Below, in pieces: positions 53,615 through 58,875 of a DNA stretch of 58,875 bases; the stretch's first letter is position 1; each line of letters begins with the position of its first letter. The notes under the pieces were generated by a model. The model saw only the letters and a list, made by a program, of their open reading frames with translations, did no database searches and was not told the origin of the DNA. The position numbers were made by a program, and so were the translations under genes. Source of the DNA: a virus. Lineage: Duplodnaviria; Heunggongvirae; Uroviricota; Caudoviricetes. The DNA is taken from the IMG/VR virus record IMGVR_UViG_3300047272_000350, positions 1 to 58,875 of that record, one strand, 5' to 3'.

Positions 53615-55441
53615 ATGTGTAACTGCGGAAATACAATAACAACTAGCTCAGTTTGCTCAAGTTGTGTACCAAATGACTGTGCATGTCCTATAAAAGACTT
53701 AAGTACAGATTGCATACAGTACACTGGTGATGATTTACCATGTACAGAAATATTAGGAGGGACTCTTATGACAGAAGCTTTCTCTCAACTTGACACATAT
53801 CTTTGTGACTTATCAACTCAATTAGCAAACTCATTTAGTCTTATAAGTGTAGGAGCAGGTACCAGAGTATATAAAGGAGTTGATGGAATAGGAAGAAAAG
53901 AAATAAGATCTATAACACCTACAAATACAATACTAACTGTAGGATTATCTACAGACAATAAAGAGATTGAAATAGGTGTAGACACTGTAGTATTAGGAAA
54001 CTTTGTACAGTCTCACCAGATAACATACTCTATGAACAATGTTGGTACAGGTGCTAATGTATACAAAAGTTCAACCCAAGCTGGTAACAATGTTACATTC
54101 AACCTTAGAGATATAAAATCTACAGATTCTAGAGTAACAGTAACTGAAGGACCAACTGACATTGATATTACATTATCAGCTAACTTAGCTGAAGCTACAG
54201 GTACAGTAAACTATGTATCTAAATTTACAGGTATTCATACATTAGGGAACTCTTCTATATTTGATAATGGCACAAATGTAGGTATTAATAATATAAACCC
54301 TACTGCCAAACTTGTTGTAGATGCAAACACAAATGCAGCAGACGGTATAGTGTCAAGAAATACAAATACAGGTACAGCAGCTTACTCATTTGCAGGAGCA
54401 TTTAGCAATATTGGTGAAGGAGGTATTGACTTAAGAAGTTACCCTTCTACACATACGTCTTGGCCTTCTACAAGCTGGTTAAACTCTAGCTCTGAAAAGA
54501 CAAATGGATTGATAATAAGCCAAGCCGGGGCTAACCCGATAAGATTTTTTACAAACGGTTCTGAGAAAGTTCGTATAACTCCAGCAGGATTTGTAGGAAT
54601 AGGCTTACCAACACCAACTAAAATTTTAGATGTTAATGGCGACATATTAGTAAACGGCTTAACTGTTGGTAGAGGTGGAGGAAATAACTATACAAACGTA
54701 GCAGTAGGTTTACTAGCTCTAGATGCTCATAATTCAGGTCAGCAAGGACACAATGTAGCAATTGGATTTTGTGCAGCACGTAGAGTAACAACAGGTCAAG
54801 AAAATATGGCACTTGGATTTGGAGCACTGGAATATAACCTTATTGGATCCCACAACCACGCAATAGGTAACGGTACTCTTTTATACCAAACTACTGACGA
54901 TTCAGTAGGTAATGGATTTCTAGCTTTAGCTGGAGTAGACGGAGTAAACAATACAGCTATGGGAACAGTAGCTGGATGGGGAGGAGGAAATGGATTCCCT
55001 TCAGCACCTCCAGTAGGTATTGGTGAAGGTAACACAGCCATAGGAGCAGGAGCTATATCAGATTTAACAGATGGTAACTATAATACAGCAGTTGGAACTG
55101 CAGCATTGGCAGCATTAACAAACGGCTCTGAAAATATAGGTATAGGATTTGGGGCAGCTGGACAAGGTGCAGCAAGTTTTGGGAATATAGCAATTGGAAG
55201 TAGAGCAATGTACTCTAGTGTTTTAGGAGACAGAAATACAGTAATAGGGCATTTTGCAGCAGCTACTGATTTTAGTGAGTGTGTAGTATTAGGAGCATTT
55301 GCAGGAGCAACAGGGAGCAATCAATTTGTTGTAGGATCAACAACAGCAAATGCAGGGTCAATAGTAACAGAAACAAATACTTCCACAAAAGTATGGAATG
55401 TAATAATTAACGGAGTACCAGTAAAAATCTTATTAGCATAA
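53615..55441 (+). CDS. tail spike/fibre with a Cys-rich head and beta-roll (N.A+G..AL) repeats
   Basis: TDCIQYTG; repeated NTAIGAGA/NIGIGFGA motifs. Confidence 0.8.
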   Translation: MCNCGNTITTSSVCSSCVPNDCACPIKDLSTDCIQYTGDDLPCTEILGGTLMTEAFSQLDTYLCDLSTQLANSFSLISVGAGTRVYKGVDGIGRKEIRSITPTNTILTVGLSTDNKEIEIGVDTVVLGNFVQSHQITYSMNNVGTGANVYKSSTQAGNNVTFNLRDIKSTDSRVTVTEGPTDIDITLSANLAEATGTVNYVSKFTGIHTLGNSSIFDNGTNVGINNINPTAKLVVDANTNAADGIVSRNTNTGTAAYSFAGAFSNIGEGGIDLRSYPSTHTSWPSTSWLNSSSEKTNGLIISQAGANPIRFFTNGSEKVRITPAGFVGIGLPTPTKILDVNGDILVNGLTVGRGGGNNYTNVAVGLLALDAHNSGQQGHNVAIGFCAARRVTTGQENMALGFGALEYNLIGSHNHAIGNGTLLYQTTDDSVGNGFLALAGVDGVNNTAMGTVAGWGGGNGFPSAPPVGIGEGNTAIGAGAISDLTDGNYNTAVGTAALAALTNGSENIGIGFGAAGQGAASFGNIAIGSRAMYSSVLGDRNTVIGHFAAATDFSECVVLGAFAGATGSNQFVVGSTTANAGSIVTETNTSTKVWNVIINGVPVKILLA

Positions 55442-55443
55442 AC

Positions 55444-55731
55444 ATGGAAACAAAACAAGTAATAATAGACGGAGAAATCATGAATATACCAATTAAAACA
55501 CAATTGGAGATAGATAATGAGTATAACAACTTATTGGTCTTAAAGACACACTTAGATAGTGAATATGTTATCATATCATTAGGAGGACAACCGCAAACAA
55601 GATTAGATGACTTTGAAAGAAAAGTTTCACATCTAAGACTAGTTTTGCTTAAAGACTACTGGGGAGTAAGGGACATGACAGGCATAGCAGCATCAGTTGC
55701 ATTGTTTGATTCACCAAAAATAAAATATTAA
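55444..55731 (+). CDS. putative tail-fibre assembly protein (95 aa)
   Basis: Follows the fibre gene; precedes a terminator. Confidence 0.6.
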   Translation: METKQVIIDGEIMNIPIKTQLEIDNEYNNLLVLKTHLDSEYVIISLGGQPQTRLDDFERKVSHLRLVLLKDYWGVRDMTGIAASVALFDSPKIKY

Positions 55732-55773
55732 CGATAAGAGGTTTTTGGTTTTCCTCTTTTTTCTGTTGGGTGA

Positions 55774-55803
55774 GAAGGGGCTTCGGCCCCTTTTCTTTTT
55801 TTT
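55774..55803 (+). terminator. intrinsic terminator with UUCG loop
   Basis: AAGGGGC-TTCG-GCCCCTT followed by a long U-run. Confidence 0.88.
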
Positions 55804-55841
55804 AACTAATTTGGTAAACATAAAAATTTTTACTAATTTTG
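55801..55841 (+). promoter_or_regulatory. late-type promoter with duplicated ACTAATTT(T/G)G
   Basis: Copies at 55805 and 55832 (27-bp period). Confidence 0.75.
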
Positions 55842-55861
55842 TAAACTTAAACCGTACAAAA

Positions 55862-56530
55862 GTGACTAATTCAGAATTTACATCAAGAGTAATAAATGGG
55901 CTAAACGCATTATCTAAGGATGATAGGATTTCACGTAGATATATCCTACATGTAGGTAAACAAAAATCTATGTTTTACATATCTCAAAAACTTAATGATA
56001 GAAGCTTATTTAGAGAAGATAACATTTATAAAACGCTAGATTGTTTCGAATTAGAAAGAATTGAAGCTGTAAAATGTGATATTATAGAGTTTAGAAAATG
56101 CAATTCTATAATGAAATCAAAAAAGAAACTGCCTAAACTTATTTATAGCAGATATGGTAACACACTAAAAGAAGTGACTACTATAGATGAAGAAAAGGAG
56201 TTTAAGCCAACTACACCTTCACAATACAGAAGGGATAAAAATAGAGTATCAGGAACAGACTATATAAACTATTATGTAAAGGACGGGTACTTATACCTAA
56301 TCGACACAGAGATAGAAATAGTAAACTTATATCTTTTAACATTAGATTTAGACGATATTGATAACGTTTCTACTTGTAGTACACCAGGCTGTAAAAGCTT
56401 ATGGGACTATGAATTTATAGTACCAGATAAACTAGAAGAGTTAATAATAGCAGAGACAGTAAAAGAGGTAGCTATGAAAAAACAGGTACCGGCTGACGAA
56501 AATCCTAATCTAAACAATAACGAGAAATAG
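55862..56530 (+). CDS. putative tail ring protein (likely GTG start at 55862, MTNSEFTSRV)
   Basis: The ORF-track start overlaps the terminator/promoter; crAss-like synteny. Confidence 0.7.
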   Translation: MTNSEFTSRVINGLNALSKDDRISRRYILHVGKQKSMFYISQKLNDRSLFREDNIYKTLDCFELERIEAVKCDIIEFRKCNSIMKSKKKLPKLIYSRYGNTLKEVTTIDEEKEFKPTTPSQYRRDKNRVSGTDYINYYVKDGYLYLIDTEIEIVNLYLLTLDLDDIDNVSTCSTPGCKSLWDYEFIVPDKLEELIIAETVKEVAMKKQVPADENPNLNNNEK

Positions 56531-56532
56531 AT

Positions 56533-57075
56533 ATGAGGAAACCTAGTAAACCATTTACTAAGGAAGCCTTCAAGTACATTTTTAGAAACAGAGGAAGAAA
56601 AAAATCTATAGGGGATCTTGGAGGCAGCTTTTCGTTAAGAGACTATAAAGCTTATCAGTATTATAGAGACAACTCTAAATTAGCAAACTTAGAAGACGTT
56701 CAAAACTACATAGAGCATGGCAAAATAATATCTAAGTTCTATGAGATAGTAGGAGAAAAAATAACATCGACATCAGGAGGGGTATTTGTAGATGGCCTTG
56801 GTTATTTCGGAATAATACAAGAGATGGACAATAGGAGTTCACATAACCCAAAAGATGGCTCGATAAAACTTAATCCTAGAACAGACAATAAAATATACAA
56901 CATAGCTTTTGTACCAATAGAATCAGATAACATATTCAAGACATGGGTATTTGATTACAGTTTTTCAAGAAAGGTAAAGAAAGCATTATGTGACAGTTTG
57001 AAAGCAGGTAAAAAATATACATTTAACGCATCATTATTTTTTGGAAAAGCAAGGAAAAAAGGTAATGACTTATAA
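56533..57075 (+). CDS. IHF/HU-like DNA-binding protein
   Basis: GGVFVDGLGYFGI turn motif; basic; crAss-like position before the tail-tube gene. Confidence 0.6.
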   Translation: MRKPSKPFTKEAFKYIFRNRGRKKSIGDLGGSFSLRDYKAYQYYRDNSKLANLEDVQNYIEHGKIISKFYEIVGEKITSTSGGVFVDGLGYFGIIQEMDNRSSHNPKDGSIKLNPRTDNKIYNIAFVPIESDNIFKTWVFDYSFSRKVKKALCDSLKAGKKYTFNASLFFGKARKKGNDL

Positions 57076-57090
57076 TAAAAACTATAAACT

Positions 57091-57303
57091 ATGACACTAC
57101 TAGAAGTTAAAAAAAGCATTAAGAAATTATTTTCAAGAGTCCAAAAATTAGAGACTCAAGTTAGACCATTAGTTATAGATGACACACCTTATGAGTTAGG
57201 GATGGTGCCAGAGTATGTTGGTCAAATAGTAGTTCAACCAAGCAATTCAAGAATATGGATAGCATATAATGCAGAATCTTGGACATATATTTTACTTGAT
57301 TAA
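57091..57303 (+). CDS. hypothetical protein (70 aa)
   Basis: ORF track. Confidence 0.7.
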   Translation: MTLLEVKKSIKKLFSRVQKLETQVRPLVIDDTPYELGMVPEYVGQIVVQPSNSRIWIAYNAESWTYILLD

Positions 57304-57305
57304 AA

Positions 57306-58169
57306 ATGACTAGAAAACAACTAATAGCAGAAATACTGTCTGACTTACGACAGTACGATGAGGCTGGACTTATAGATTATAGGTCAGTTAACCTATGGAT
57401 AAAAAGTGAACTAAAAAGATTTGGTGCTAACATTACTACACTTACAGAAAAAGTATTAGAAGTAGAGAATGGCCAAGTTGATTTACCAGAAGATTTTTGG
57501 AGTTTACACTTAGCTGTAAAATGTACAGAAGATAGCCACGAGTTTGAAAAAGGTACAAGACAAGACGTACAAGATTCACAATACTACACACAAAAGATAG
57601 AAAATACCTATACTTGGGATAATCAATCTAATTCACATACAAAGACAAGCTATAAAGAAATCATTGAGAAAAAGTACTATAACAACACTGTTATAAACTT
57701 TAGATATACAAACCCAATTATTTTAAAGCTTACTAAGGGCATAAAAAAAGAATATTGCAGTCCAGGTTGCAAGAACCTACAAAAGCAGCTTACAAACTCT
57801 GCAGAGCATGAAATAAACATCCTTGGCAATAAGATACAAGCTAACTTTAAGAAGGGCCACATATATATGCAGTATAACGCAATTCCATCAGATGAAACTG
57901 GGGATCTTTATATACCGGATGTAGTAAGTTTACAAGAGTACTTGATGTACTTTGTAAAGAGAAAAATATTAGAGGGGTTATGGATGAATGATGATGATGT
58001 AAATCTAATTAATAAACTAACTTATATAAAACAACAAGAAAGAGAATACTTCGGTCTTGCAATGACACAAGTTAAGTTTGAAGGTCTTGGAAGAAATTGG
58101 CAAGATAAGTTAAAGATGAAAATGATCCAAGAGACAAACAGATTCGAAAGAATGTTTCCTAATACATAA
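57306..58169 (+). CDS. putative tail tubular/ring protein
   Basis: VENGQVDLP.DF motif; position before the stabilization protein. Confidence 0.65.
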   Translation: MTRKQLIAEILSDLRQYDEAGLIDYRSVNLWIKSELKRFGANITTLTEKVLEVENGQVDLPEDFWSLHLAVKCTEDSHEFEKGTRQDVQDSQYYTQKIENTYTWDNQSNSHTKTSYKEIIEKKYYNNTVINFRYTNPIILKLTKGIKKEYCSPGCKNLQKQLTNSAEHEINILGNKIQANFKKGHIYMQYNAIPSDETGDLYIPDVVSLQEYLMYFVKRKILEGLWMNDDDVNLINKLTYIKQQEREYFGLAMTQVKFEGLGRNWQDKLKMKMIQETNRFERMFPNT

Positions 58170-58181
58170 TAAAAAACCATA

Positions 58182-58875
58182 ATGGCACAAGAACAGAATA
58201 AGAAACTAAATTTAAGTTCTGCTAAGACAGGAATGGAGAAGGACACACATCCTTCACAATTAACAGATGCTCAATATACACATGCATATAATGCTAATAT
58301 AGAAAACGAATCTGGTAATAGTTTAAATCTAACAAATGAAAAATCTAATATATTAGCTTCTAAATTCAAACAAGGATTTAAAGTTATAGGTTTTGAAAAT
58401 GATATTGATTCAAACTCTACATTCTTTTTTTTAGTAAATCCCACTACACATGTAGGGGAATTTGGCGTTATAGAGGATAATCAAAATACAAATGATGTAT
58501 CAGATGTATTAGTAGACTGTGATAACTGTAACAAAGCAAATCAACTTGCGGAGCCATTAGAGACACTAATACAATTACCACTACAAACATATACCACACT
58601 CCTGACAGATGCAGATGGATACTTAGATGTTAACACTAATCTTTGTATGCCTTTTGTCCCTGGATCAGGATTTAACTTTGATATAAACTACCCAATAAAA
58701 AAGATAGTTATCAAAAATGAAAAATGTGGTAAAAATATATATTTCTCAGACAATTACAATCCACCAAGACACATAAATATCACAGATCTTTATGATGGGA
58801 AATACTATGACCAAAACGTACCTTGTGATGTAAATGTAATTACACCATGTATCAACTACAATGAGTTAAGAATAT
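58182..58875 (+). CDS. putative tail stabilization (muzzle) protein, N-terminal part, truncated by the window
   Basis: Manual translation MAQEQNKK...GMEKDTHPSQL...YTHAYNANIENE; open to the end. Confidence 0.7.
   Translation, partial: MAQEQNKKLNLSSAKTGMEKDTHPSQLTDAQYTHAYNANIENESGNSLNLTNEKSNILASKFKQGFKVIGFENDIDSNSTFFFLVNPTTHVGEFGVIEDNQNTNDVSDVLVDCDNCNKANQLAEPLETLIQLPLQTYTTLLTDADGYLDVNTNLCMPFVPGSGFNFDINYPIKKIVIKNEKCGKNIYFSDNYNPPRHINITDLYDGKYYDQNVPCDVNVITPCINYNELRI

Noticed and set aside
108-58246. Many 60-200 aa ORFs in the track on the strand opposite to real genes (e.g. 3127..3513+, 14694..15038+, 20077..20667+, 42010..42519-, 46509..46994-, 53386..53724-)
   Set aside because: They are antisense shadows of well-supported genes, have F/S/L/I-rich composition, and lack promoter or initiation context
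1-58875. Stop-codon recoding (TAG or TGA), as known in some crAss-like phages
   Set aside because: Long genes are intact under the standard code, and both TAG and TGA terminate genes at tight junctions
1-58875. Prophage/lysogeny module or rRNA
   Set aside because: No integrase, repressor pair, att-like flanks, host housekeeping context or rRNA-like sequence; recA and groEL sit within phage operons

Overview
This window is about 59 kb of an AT-rich, lytic-looking tailed phage of Bacteroidota. The host is inferred from about 20 promoters matching the Bacteroidetes sigma70 consensus (TTTG...TAnnTTTG) and from AT-rich start-codon contexts without an obvious Shine-Dalgarno motif. It has three blocks. 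(1) 1-15.5 kb: leftward, densely packed small early/host-takeover genes, including DenV, an endonuclease VII homing nuclease, a DUF932-like protein, and many acidic or tiny membrane proteins. This block is almost free of GATC and is bounded at about 15.5-16.25 kb by a palindrome- and G-tract-rich non-coding locus that may be the genome end. (2) 16.3-26.8 kb: an HNH nuclease on +, then leftward genes for an Acb2/Tad1-like protein, thioredoxin, a degenerate tRNA(CAT) with neighbouring structured RNA candidates, GroES/GroEL, a putative SSB, a GIY-YIG nuclease, RecA and an SF2 helicase. (3) 27.4-58.9 kb: rightward late genes in crAss-like order, namely large terminase, portal, acidic scaffold-like protein, major capsid protein, conserved structural proteins, holin/M15 endolysin/spanin-like pair, several tail fibres, an IHF/HU-like protein, ring/tail-tube proteins and a truncated tail stabilization protein. 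No CRISPR array, integrase or reverse transcriptase was seen. All family assignments come from motif recognition by eye, not database searches.
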